Part shown: piece after piece, positions 9,342-19,561 of the stretch | Layout of the letters: every line of letters starts with the position of its first letter | Position numbering within the stretch: position 1 is the first letter of the stretch | Source of the DNA: Amoebophrya sp. A120 | Taxonomy: Eukaryota > Protista > Dinoflagellata | Length of the DNA: 64,000 bases | NCBI GenBank assembly: GCA_905178155.1 | Contig: CAJINV010000009.1 | Location: 372,001 to 436,000 of the forward strand | Direction: 5' to 3' | The notes under the pieces: model-generated | Databases searched by the model: none | What the model saw: only the letters and a program-made list of their open reading frames with translations | Told to the model about the DNA's origin: nothing | Program-made: the position numbers and the translations under genes

Positions 9342-12146
9342 ATGTTAAAACGAAGCAGCGACGCGACGAAGCTACGCGGTTTTTCCAGCAGCCTTGTGAG
9401 CATTTTTGCAGCTGCTTCCATCGCCACTTTTGCCGCGTCCCCGACTAGTGCATCTTTTCTAGCTGTGCACCCTCGCGCCGACGACGTTGACGACTGTCTC
9501 GGCAAACGAACAGACCCAACTGCAACAGGTTCACCGCCGGCCTGCGGTACGCAGACCGCGGCTTCCCCGCGGTTGATTGTCCGCTCTCTCTCCTCGGAAA
9601 TCCTGCTGGACCTTTCTCCATCCGAATGGCGGTCTTTGTCTGTTGCGGCTCTGGCACAGACGCTTCTGTGCGCAGAGGAACGAAGGTCCTCTCAAGGCAG
9701 AAGCAGTACCGGCTCAGCACTTCTTGCTGACGCACTTCCACGACGCTCTTTGAGGAAGGACGAGACTCCGTCATGGGTGCGGGAACGAGTGCGATTTTTG
9801 CCGGGGGACAACCTGGTTCGGGGACCGGCGTTGCCTGATCGTGACACCCGGCTGCTGCCTAGTTTGCTGGTTTTGGCGCGACAAGCCAACGACTTCTCAG
9901 ACGCTTTGAAAGCGCCTCAAAGCGACTTTGTCAGCCTGACCGCTGTCAGACAGCCGCTCCGACTGGTCGATATGATGGAAAATTTGCGGCACGGAAACCC
10001 AAACCGGCCGCGTGAGCATGGATCGGTCGCAATGGGGGAGGATGCGACCTCGAGGCCGCCTAGACCACAATCAACGATGCACTCTGTTATACCGAATGAA
10101 CGGGACGTCGACGACTTGCGATCTTTTCTCGATTCAATCGCCACCAAGTATGAAGAGGGCACCGAAACTCTTGCCGCCGAAGGAGTCACGCGTGGGATGA
10201 TTGACCTGTCTCGCGAATTGGTGATGGAATCACCCTTTGTTGTAGCGCTCTCAGCCTGGCTGGATACTTTGGTGTGGCAAATCCAGCATGTGGTTGAGGC
10301 AGAAGTTGTAGCTGAAGTAGCAGGCCGGGCGGAACGCGGTGTTGATCAGGTAGACTCAGAAACCAAAAAGCAGAGAAACCGACATGCACGAAAGGCTCTT
10401 GAGGAGCAATTTAAGCGGGACCTGAATGACGTCATCTCTACGTCGCCGGCACACGACGACCAGGCTGCAGCGACTGGTTACGGAATCCTACAAGGTTATC
10501 GTGCGCGGACATCAGACAGTGCTCTTCGCAGACTCAGGGAATGGGCCCTCTGCGAAGATAGCTCTTTGGCTCTCCAAGAGCAGGATTGGTTTTTCGAAAT
10601 TCTCGCTTCGCAGCTGATTGGCAAACTCAAACAGAAGATCCGGCGCGTCGCCGCAGCACGACGACAAATGCTCAATGGCAATGGGAGTATCGCTAGTGTC
10701 CGTGGTGTTTTTGCATCGCAGTTGGTCAAGTTAGTTCCAAGAGTGAAAGTGGCTGTTGTGGCGGACAACCGGCGATGGCTTTACGATCTCCCACCCGAGG
10801 AGTTTTCTGATTTGTCACCGTCAATGGAGCTGGCCATCACGTTCAGTGCGGTAGAGCTTGACTCTTCTGGAATTAGTGGAAGTTCTGTTGGTGGAGCTCA
10901 GCTGCTGCAGCAACATGAAGAGCGACGTGGCGCTGACAGACCACACACAGCAGGCCGGTTCTTGTTTACAACACGCACGCGTTCTGCTGAGGAGCAAGAG
11001 CAAGACCGCCTAGAGCACAGAATGGTAGGCAATCAAGGACGTCATGCGGAAGAGGAGCAAGATGACATCAACATCTTGTATGGACGGCAGGGAAATTATG
11101 CAGGATCCCTGGTACTGCAGTTTGGCCTCATGTTCGAGGCTCCCCTGCCCCCGACAAACCAGCGTGTCGATCAGTCATCTGGTAAGGGGGATGCTCAACA
11201 CAAGCAGCTGCCAGGACGACGCGCCGCAAGCGGCCCGGCACCGCACCGGCAACAACCAAAAGATCATCGCGAACAAAGCAGATCTTGCGCTTCTGTCTCC
11301 GACCAAAAAGAGGAAGCTGCGTGGTGTGAAGCAGAAGCGCCTACTTCGTCCAGTCGCTTTGATCTGGCTTTGACCAAAATGAGCATAAATCTCCCGGACA
11401 TGTCGCCGAAGAAAGTTATGGCGAAGCTTCGCAGACTGGGCGATGCCTCTGCGACGACAGGGAGCCGGGGCGAAGACTTCAGGTCCGAGCATCGTCTTGC
11501 ACAAAGAATCCAGAGCTCCCTTCAAACCGCGGGGCAGTGCTGTTTTTACTCTGCCTCTACTGCGCCGGGCACCACGAGCCTCTCTTCACGTTCCAACAGC
11601 TCCAGCTCTGCGTCGGCGTCACCTGCGCTAGGAACAGCCGACGCACGGCTGCAGGGCGATGTGCAAGAAGACGAACCTGGTGCAGTGCCACGGCCTAAGC
11701 TCGTCCAGCTCCCGTCCACCAGGGAACAAGACGAAGTTGCTGCGTTTGAAAAGGCGAACCTCCCGCGGCTTTTCGAGCACCACTCCGGGTACCTGGTGCG
11801 GGCGCCAGCGGCCAGATACATCTTGGCTGATGGAGCTACCATCGTTGACGAAGCTACCGGGCGGGTACGCGGGACGATGACAGAGGACGACCCCTTGGGA
11901 GATGAAAGTGAGTCCTCCGACGAGGCGGACACCGATACTGAGCGGATGAGGACCAGAAGTGGTCAAGATCCTCACATCGAAGTAGGTGCTGAGGACCGCG
12001 TCGACGGGGATTTGGACCAGGGAAGGAACATGGCAGAGCCGTTGCATCGTGCAGAAGAGAGACGGGTGTGGGTGAAGGAAGCAGAAAGTTGGGGGGCCAG
12101 TTGGATCTTAGAGGTTCCGGCGCGGGGACATCGATTTCCGATTTAG
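9342..12146 (+). CDS. Hypothetical protein, possibly secreted
   Basis: Uninterrupted ~935-codon ORF with a hydrophobic N-terminal segment (SLVSIFAAASIATFAAS). No family recognised. Confidence 0.65.
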   Translation: MLKRSSDATKLRGFSSSLVSIFAAASIATFAASPTSASFLAVHPRADDVDDCLGKRTDPTATGSPPACGTQTAASPRLIVRSLSSEILLDLSPSEWRSLSVAALAQTLLCAEERRSSQGRSSTGSALLADALPRRSLRKDETPSWVRERVRFLPGDNLVRGPALPDRDTRLLPSLLVLARQANDFSDALKAPQSDFVSLTAVRQPLRLVDMMENLRHGNPNRPREHGSVAMGEDATSRPPRPQSTMHSVIPNERDVDDLRSFLDSIATKYEEGTETLAAEGVTRGMIDLSRELVMESPFVVALSAWLDTLVWQIQHVVEAEVVAEVAGRAERGVDQVDSETKKQRNRHARKALEEQFKRDLNDVISTSPAHDDQAAATGYGILQGYRARTSDSALRRLREWALCEDSSLALQEQDWFFEILASQLIGKLKQKIRRVAAARRQMLNGNGSIASVRGVFASQLVKLVPRVKVAVVADNRRWLYDLPPEEFSDLSPSMELAITFSAVELDSSGISGSSVGGAQLLQQHEERRGADRPHTAGRFLFTTRTRSAEEQEQDRLEHRMVGNQGRHAEEEQDDINILYGRQGNYAGSLVLQFGLMFEAPLPPTNQRVDQSSGKGDAQHKQLPGRRAASGPAPHRQQPKDHREQSRSCASVSDQKEEAAWCEAEAPTSSSRFDLALTKMSINLPDMSPKKVMAKLRRLGDASATTGSRGEDFRSEHRLAQRIQSSLQTAGQCCFYSASTAPGTTSLSSRSNSSSSASASPALGTADARLQGDVQEDEPGAVPRPKLVQLPSTREQDEVAAFEKANLPRLFEHHSGYLVRAPAARYILADGATIVDEATGRVRGTMTEDDPLGDESESSDEADTDTERMRTRSGQDPHIEVGAEDRVDGDLDQGRNMAEPLHRAEERRVWVKEAESWGASWILEVPARGHRFPI

Positions 12147-12811
12147 TAAATACGTTGACATCGATATATTCGATAAAAAACGCATATTCCCGCACTAAGT
12201 AATGTGAGCCGAAGTGATAAGAAAGCAAAAGCATCAATACTTAACATGATCCATGTATCTACAATAGTTCATCTTGCGTTGTCTCCCTGCGACAGGTCCG
12301 CCTACGCGAAGATCACAAGTCCCTCGAGTCACACGTTGCAGAACATGGTTGAAGCGGCGGTCGTCCCGTTTGACGTTTATGTAGATGATCATGATCCCCC
12401 CTACTAGTCCTAAATGCTCCTACCTCAACGGTTTCAAGTGACAAATTGGCAAGGGAATGCAATAGAGATCCTCAAGAAAATGCTGGAGGAGCGGCCTCGC
12501 TTTCCTTTGGATCGGGCGCGGGCCTAAATGAATCATGTGAGGCGGAAATAAAAAATTGTAACTGTAAGCGAAGATGTAGATGGTGACCATATTGCCTTGA
12601 TATTCACATGTTGGAAACAGGACAACGAGCGACAATTACTAGGAGTGATGATGTAGAGGAGGTGAGATGTGTTTTCCTGTTAGAGTTTTGTCAACATTAC
12701 TTTTTTGCGAATTCTATGACATGTTGATCGCCCCGGCCCCTCGGCCCCACTAAGAGAAGCGTGCCAACCGGCGGCAACTACGGGAGGTCTTTCGACGTCA
12801 ACGCTGCCGCC

Positions 12812-15800
12812 ATGAGCGCGTCTGCGATGACTGGGACGGGTTCCTATTCAGCGGCGGACCAGAAGGCGCGCGACATTTTGCGGAAGCACCACGAGGCGCA
12901 ATCATCGGCTTCTTCCTCCGGCAGGAAAATTGATCCGAGTGACGTTCTACAGACACTGCAGCTGCTCCCTTTCCCCCGCAACACGGAGCGGGTGTCCGTG
13001 CGGCCCGAAGGCAAGGACTTCGTCCTCTCCATCAATGTGGGACTGACTACGCTTCGGGGCAAGTTCCCAGTGTTGTCGCAAACGGCGCGGAAGTGTCCGC
13101 ACGTCGCGCAGCTGCTCGCAGAGTTCTGTCCCAGCGCTCCGTTTGGCAGATGCATAGCGGATGATGCTGGTTGTATTCTACCTGACGAGTCAACACCCAC
13201 AGATGCGGTCGCGGTGGGCCATGATGCCACGCCTGCTGCAGCGGAAGATGCTGGGCGGGACACCAAAAATCGGTTCACTTTCACATCCATCACCGTGAAC
13301 AAGAACTACGCCGCAAACGCGCACCGGGACGCCAACCACTACCGGGGAAACGCACGCATCATCGCGGTAGGCGATTTTACCGGAGGTGAGCTCTTCGTCA
13401 CGGATTTCGACAAACGAATCGACATTCGCAATGCCTGGCATGACTTTGACGCGCGCGAGTTGCACGGGACGTTTCCCTTTGATGGGGAAAGGTTCTCCGT
13501 GGTGTACTTCGTTCACACTGCCTCTGTGCCAAAGTTGCTGGGGCAACATCTTCCCTTCAAAGCAGGAGGTATCAGACTGGAGCCTGCGGGTGAAAACGAG
13601 GCGTACGATCGGGAGCTAGAGTCACTGAAGAAGCATTTCGTTGAGGAGTTGCATATGCCGTGGCCAGATTTTCAAACCGATTTTCCGCCAAGTAACTCAT
13701 TGCAGGCAAGTATTGCGGCCTTCGGAGATCGAGGCGTGCCAAGCACGACCAAAGTGGCAAGTGGGCATAGGACAACGATTTTTGACGTTCCAAGCTCCGC
13801 TTGTGCTAGGTCGCAACGTGGGCGGCCCATCGCAGCCATCATTCTGACGAAAAATCAGGCTCCTGGTGCTGCACAATATGCCCCACTTGTGCCGCTCGCC
13901 TGTCAAGCCCTTGGGGCAGTTTTCAAAGTGAAGTGCCGCGAGAGCAATGCGTGGAGCCGCTTGGGGACAAAAACAGGAAGACATCCGGTGCCTGTGGTAT
14001 TTCTCGATCAGCAAAGCATGGTTTCGTTTGCCAAAAGGATGGAGCTATCGTGCGAGGTGTGGGAAGAGATAGAAATAGATGCTGATCTCGAAAGAAAAAG
14101 CGAACGTGCTGCCGCGGCACTTTCGGAAGCGCAGAAAGAAGGAGACGAAATCAGGGGTGATCAGAGGACCACGGGAAAAGAACGGCACCGAACGCTAGCC
14201 CGCGGGCTCGTTTGCATATCTGACGACTCGGACTGTTATGGTCACAGCTTGTCGAAGAAGCAGAGAACCGCGGATCTGCCACCACTCGTTCGGCACAGGT
14301 TTGGAATCGACTTGGAAAAATCTGCTACCGACTTGTCGCCGAGCTTGCACCGAAAGTTGAAAAAAGAAAGCTCCAGGACGATTTCATCTTGCACCCCCTC
14401 GACCACAGATGACGACGAGACGAGCGAGACCAACACCAAACCGGAGCTCGGCGGTCGCGGAAGGGCTGAATTTGCCGCACATGAGCCGACCTCAGAAATA
14501 GAAGAAGAAGATTGCAAGCCGAATCGAGTAAGGCCGCCTGCGCTTGCCCCACAGCTCGGTGTTTGGTTTCCCTTCTCAGGAACACCTCGCGCTCCCCTGG
14601 AGCGTCGTGTTTCCTCTACGCAAGCGTCAAACCTCCCCCACGAATCGTGTTGGCAGCTTTTGCAACTCGTGGAGCCCCCGTGCTTTTCGTCGAGGGAAAG
14701 CAACCGGAGTCTTGCAGATCGCGCACTTATGAGTAGATCCTGTTCCACACCAGCGCGGCGAGGCTCGACTCGTCGCGCCCCACTGCCGGAACCACTGGCA
14801 CGCCTCATGCTGAACGCAGCCAAGGTGTTGCCCACAAGCATGGTTTTGGATCCTTGCGCAGGCGAGGGCACTATTGGGCGACTGGTTGCCGGCGGTTGTC
14901 TTGGGAATTGCTTCTCCGCGGATGTTGTCTCAGACGGGGCAAAATATGCATCTTCGGCTTCATCATCTGCGGTACTAGCGGAAGAAACCCGCGGTCCTTG
15001 CGAATTTGTGACCGCCAACCTGTTCGCCGCGCCGTTCCGACTTGTCGGCCAGTACGACGCTGTAGTCTGTGACCCGCCGTTCGGACGCCGAGAACCCGTG
15101 GTAACTCTCGCACATGGAGGGGCTTCCGCTGCCGGCACAAACCCCAATCCTTCGCCCGCGGTTCTTGGCATCTATGATAATGCCTTTCTGCCGGAGCTTT
15201 TTCGACTCTCCGCACGTGCGCTGAAGCTTCGAGGCAGATTGGTTTTTCTCTATCCGCATTACCCGAAAAGTGAGGAGAAGGACAAGGACGAGACATCCCG
15301 AGGAACTAGCTGGACACCCGAAGACATGCTCGCTTTGGGCAACGCAGCCATAAAAGAAGACAAACATCAGAGCGCCGGCGTCGAAGATCCTCGAACAGAG
15401 GACAGCGCTAACTGCAGATGGCACCTGGTCGGCACCGCCGAGCAGGAGTGGGCGAAAAGCTCGGGGCACGTCATGGTGCGAAGACTGGTAGTGCTGGAAA
15501 AGCAACTCGAGAAGCGAGACGAGCGCAGCCGGCGCACAAAGGCGACGAACAGAATTGTTGAGCGTTCTGATGAACCGTGCGCTGCCACACCGGCCTCCGA
15601 GTCTTCGTGGTCCCAGCGGCTGCTGCACGACATAGCAGCACCCCACTCTGAAGTTGACAGCAACCCAGCTGCATCGTTTCTTCTTGACGCAGCGACGGAG
15701 CGCCGCATCCGCCTGGCCGTCGAGGATCAATTGCAAAAGCAAGAGGCGCGCGGGCCGCGGAAGGTGTTTCAGGGTTTGAAGGTCACGCCCGAGCCCCAGC

Positions 15801-17044
15801 CCCGCGTCAGCATTCCCGACTTTCTGCGGGAGGAGCGAACGCTGTGCCTCAAGGAGAAAACGGTGGAAACGATCGCACAGGTGTTGCTTCGCGAGGTACA
15901 GGACGTAGTTCTGGGGCCTGTTGCTGCTGCCGCCTACCGTGTCGCAAAACCCGATACCAGCATCGAAGCCGGTTTTCGTGATGTGTTTTTCCCGCGCGCT
16001 GCTGGCCGAGGGACGGCACGACCCTCAGCTCCGAATTGGGACCACCTGAAGCCGGGCCGCATTCAAAGTTTGATTCGTCGATGTCCGGAGTTCTGTGCAC
16101 GCTATAAGGCACTTATCGCCGAGGAGGTCGGGCCAAAGCTGTTGCAGGACGCTTTGGGGAAAAACCCGCATTTGGGAGATCTTCGCGGGGAAAACGAAAC
16201 GCAGAAGCTGGTGCTGCTGTACCAGTTTCCGCCTACCCTGCGCGTGAAGCAGGCCCTCCCCGCAAGCCTTTCCTCAAGCTCGGAGGCAGCAGGCGCTGCT
16301 AGTGCTACTGCGACGGCTGAGAAAAACCAGCAGGGGAACACCGTAACGACCGATGGTGGAAACGCAGTTGCCGGCACGGCCCTCCAAACCCAAACGCCTT
16401 GCTCCATTGCTCAAGTTCACGCGGACGACATATACGGGCATCAACCGGGAGAAATCAACTTCTGGGTACCGCTGGTGCCAATTGGTCATGTGTTACAACA
16501 AGAGCCGGAGGAGAATAATGTCATGACCTCTCAACCACAACCAATCGCGGATGAGGACACTGCAAGTTGTGCCAGCAGTTCAGCTAATGTGGGAGGACCC
16601 CGCCCCGCAACAGAGCCTGTTCTGATGAACACGCTGTGGTCCGAAAGCGTTCCGAACAAGGCGGACTGGCACCCGTTCGCACCGCTGCGAGTGGGCGAGT
16701 ACAAGCGATTTTGGGGCAGCAAGGTCCGCCACTTTGCCTGTACGAGCACCGCAGTAACGGTGGCAGCTGCTACTGTGTCAGGTTTCACCAGCACTGGAGA
16801 AGCAACGGGATCCAGTGGAACAACCGCCAAAGTGGCTACATGTGCGGAAGAAAACGAGATAAAAACCCGGGTGAGTCTCGATTTCCGCTTGTGTCTACAA
16901 GAGCAATTCGACGAAGAGTGGGAGCTCCCCGGAGTCGTCTACAGCCATGAAAGAAGAGAGATGGAATTCGAATTTCACGCCGGTAGGGCGACTGCTGTTC
17001 TTCGTGATACTGAGACAACTCCTGTGCTCCCAGACAGCACATAG
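12812..17044 (+). CDS. Multidomain protein: 2OG-Fe(II) oxygenase (TET/JBP-like) + Trm11/UPF0020-like SAM amino-methyltransferase + second 2OG-Fe(II) oxygenase (StrG/PhyH-like)
   Basis: Domain 1: FTSITVNKNY..HRD (13322)..GDFTGGEL..H (13463)..GERFSVVYF. Domain 2: PLPEPLARLMLNAA..VLDPCAGEGTI (14846)..YDAVVCDPPFGRRE (15071)..GRLVFLYP. Domain 3: YQFPPTLRV..HADDIYGHQPGEINFWVPL (16418)..NTLWSES..VRH (16730)..TRVSLDFR (16868). All lie in one ORF. Confidence 0.8.
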   Translation: MSASAMTGTGSYSAADQKARDILRKHHEAQSSASSSGRKIDPSDVLQTLQLLPFPRNTERVSVRPEGKDFVLSINVGLTTLRGKFPVLSQTARKCPHVAQLLAEFCPSAPFGRCIADDAGCILPDESTPTDAVAVGHDATPAAAEDAGRDTKNRFTFTSITVNKNYAANAHRDANHYRGNARIIAVGDFTGGELFVTDFDKRIDIRNAWHDFDARELHGTFPFDGERFSVVYFVHTASVPKLLGQHLPFKAGGIRLEPAGENEAYDRELESLKKHFVEELHMPWPDFQTDFPPSNSLQASIAAFGDRGVPSTTKVASGHRTTIFDVPSSACARSQRGRPIAAIILTKNQAPGAAQYAPLVPLACQALGAVFKVKCRESNAWSRLGTKTGRHPVPVVFLDQQSMVSFAKRMELSCEVWEEIEIDADLERKSERAAAALSEAQKEGDEIRGDQRTTGKERHRTLARGLVCISDDSDCYGHSLSKKQRTADLPPLVRHRFGIDLEKSATDLSPSLHRKLKKESSRTISSCTPSTTDDDETSETNTKPELGGRGRAEFAAHEPTSEIEEEDCKPNRVRPPALAPQLGVWFPFSGTPRAPLERRVSSTQASNLPHESCWQLLQLVEPPCFSSRESNRSLADRALMSRSCSTPARRGSTRRAPLPEPLARLMLNAAKVLPTSMVLDPCAGEGTIGRLVAGGCLGNCFSADVVSDGAKYASSASSSAVLAEETRGPCEFVTANLFAAPFRLVGQYDAVVCDPPFGRREPVVTLAHGGASAAGTNPNPSPAVLGIYDNAFLPELFRLSARALKLRGRLVFLYPHYPKSEEKDKDETSRGTSWTPEDMLALGNAAIKEDKHQSAGVEDPRTEDSANCRWHLVGTAEQEWAKSSGHVMVRRLVVLEKQLEKRDERSRRTKATNRIVERSDEPCAATPASESSWSQRLLHDIAAPHSEVDSNPAASFLLDAATERRIRLAVEDQLQKQEARGPRKVFQGLKVTPEPQPRVSIPDFLREERTLCLKEKTVETIAQVLLREVQDVVLGPVAAAAYRVAKPDTSIEAGFRDVFFPRAAGRGTARPSAPNWDHLKPGRIQSLIRRCPEFCARYKALIAEEVGPKLLQDALGKNPHLGDLRGENETQKLVLLYQFPPTLRVKQALPASLSSSSEAAGAASATATAEKNQQGNTVTTDGGNAVAGTALQTQTPCSIAQVHADDIYGHQPGEINFWVPLVPIGHVLQQEPEENNVMTSQPQPIADEDTASCASSSANVGGPRPATEPVLMNTLWSESVPNKADWHPFAPLRVGEYKRFWGSKVRHFACTSTAVTVAAATVSGFTSTGEATGSSGTTAKVATCAEENEIKTRVSLDFRLCLQEQFDEEWELPGVVYSHERREMEFEFHAGRATAVLRDTETTPVLPDST

Positions 17045-17588
17045 GAAAAAAAAAAAGATGCGAACATCTACATTTTCTCAACAGCGACGCAAATACACAA
17101 AGGACAAAGTAAGGAGAAGATGTAGTGCAAAGTAGCGCCTTGATTTGAATTTGTTCGTGAACAAAGTGAACCTTATAACGTTTGTTGAGTTCTTTCGCTC
17201 CACATCGGTCAGGAAAAGGCGCCGGCGCACTTCGTTTTTGTGGTCTATTCCTATTCGTCTAGGTGTACCTACCGACATCGTGATCGTGGCTTGGGACCCT
17301 TTCGTTGTCGCAAACTAATTCATTGGTCTCAGCATTTTCGTATTCGTTGCGGTGAATCGCATTCGAAATGATAGTCTGTCAATCGTCCTCACTCTCGACG
17401 CTCGTGTAAGTAGTCTAAACAGGAATCGGAAATGTTTTTTTTTAGAATGAAAATGCAATGTGAATGTCGACTTGGTCCTCCAACAGATGTACTAGCTAGC
17501 ACTACGGTCTGGGGCAACCATGCCTATTGAAAGTAGTCACTAGAACAATCGCTATCTGCTGTACTAAGAGACGTGTGTTATCAACAAC

Positions 17589-18788
17589 ATGAGGTCTATT
17601 TTGGCAGGCTTCCTAGCCAGTGCGACTGCTGTTTCCACAACGGTCTCCAGCGCGAAGGGGGTTAACAGCGAGAATTCACACAGTATCACGGGGACAGCCG
17701 ATGCCGGGGTTGTTTCTGCTGACGAATCGTCGCAAGCGTCAACCGCCGCTGAAGGGGAGAGCAGGTATAGTAGGCTCTAGCAGCCGCTCCCGCTTGCTGC
17801 AACTTTCGATGATTTCCGTTTTAGCCAAAAAGATAGCTATCAAGAGGCGAATACGATTGCTCTCACGCAAGTTGTCATCAGTTCAAGCCCTCGAAATAAA
17901 GCACGATATTAAATGAGCAGGACTACATGCAAATTCTACATCAGCTTTCTTCACCGTGTCCTGTCGGAGTGGGTCCCGCCGTGGGTCTCCAATCCCAACG
18001 TTCCAAACCCGAGCCAATTGAAGCGCAGCAAAGCTCAGCAGCTGCAGCTCACGATGCTCAAAGTGGATTCCGATTCCCCGGATTCGCAGCACCCCGGGTC
18101 ACCTGTCTCGGGTGTCCCTCCGATGCCCGATGCGAACGCGCTCCCGTACGACCACGTTGACGTCCTGCAGCAAACAGGGCAGCAGCACCGGGATAATGCC
18201 GAGCAGGGGAATAAAGTGGACCTGCCGCAAATTTCACTTTCGGCTTCCTCGCCCACGTCGTCGGGCACGTCCCCTCAGATGTTGCCCACGACTGTGAACG
18301 TGACGCTCGACTACCTCCGCGAACAGTACGAAATCGAAGCGGAGAGTCGTTTGCACGGGGTCAAGCACAACTTCGAAGTGCCGTTACTTGCCTCGGACGA
18401 CGACGTGCGGAGCGCGGCCGTTGCCACCGAGGCCGGGGCCGGGTTGTTGGCGGCCACGAAATCTGCCAGTGACGACAATTTCTCGAACACCTACAACCTG
18501 TTGGACTACGACAAAGTGCTGGCCTTCCTCTCCCTGAAGTCGTTCGAAGACTTCGCGGCGCTGTTCTTCTACCTCGCCGCCGCTTTCACCCTGTACTACT
18601 GGTGCTGGTACCGCGGAAAATCCGCAGGAACCGGCTCCGGAGCTGCGACGGTGATGGGGGGCATGATGAGCACAAACAAGAAGCAACTGCAGATGACGAA
18701 CCGCAAGCTGTTCCGGGGGGAGCCGGAAGATCTTGACTCGGTGAAAATCAAGAAGTACGCAAACGACGACTTCGACGACGATTTGTAA
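17589..18788 (+). CDS. Hypothetical single-pass membrane protein, 2 exons: 17589-17764, 17921-18788
   Basis: N-terminal signal-like peptide. An in-frame GT-AG intron at 17765-17920 (156 nt) is flanked by the direct repeat GAGCAGG. C-terminal TM segment FAALFFYLAAAFTLYYWCWY. Confidence 0.72.
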
Positions 18789-19561
18789 ATGTGGTGAAGT
18801 TCTTGTTTGATTTTCCCGCAGTAGGGACGGAGCGCGATGAGAGACGGGTCGTGCGCGTGCCGGCAGCGCTTTCTGAAGTGAGTTGAAGACTCGTTTTTCT
18901 TACCATGCGATAAAGGTATGTAAACAGACAGTAGCACGCAGAGTGAGAGTCAGAGTCAGAGTATTGAAGAAGCCAAAGCACCTGTAGTTTCATTTTCATC
19001 TAGAATTGTTCCTACCACTTAGCTTTATTTTCATTTTGGAGAATTTTTTGTACAATAAAAACACTTGTTGCTACTTTGCAATTGCATCTCTTCTTGTCAT
19101 CTCTCAACGTCTTTAAGAATGTATTTTTGCTTTCTCGGATTGGTGATGTTAGAGTTAGTCTAAATTGTTTTTGTCAATGTACAATTTGTTTGCGGCACCT
19201 TTGCCTAACGTTCGACGTCAAAATAAAAGGTAGTCGTTGTCGTAGCACAGCCCAGCGCTCAGTAGTGGCAGCTACTTATCGACGTTTTCTCGATTCCACG
19301 ACTACAGACGCAAAAGGGCTTTGTGTTTTGCTTCGTTCCGGTGTTTTTTTCTTGTGTGTTGGCTACAGTGTCAAATAAGACCACTGCATGGCCACACAAC
19401 TGCGTCAGATTATTTCACTTTCTTCGTGCTTATGACGTCAGTTTTCAATCTTTTCCTGTGCACTTCCTTGCCGTGCACAACCTCTGGTAGTTTTGCTGTG
19501 ATGAAGTTTTCTCGTCGCATATTTTCGGACTTATTATATTACAACCCAGATAGAAAAGTCG

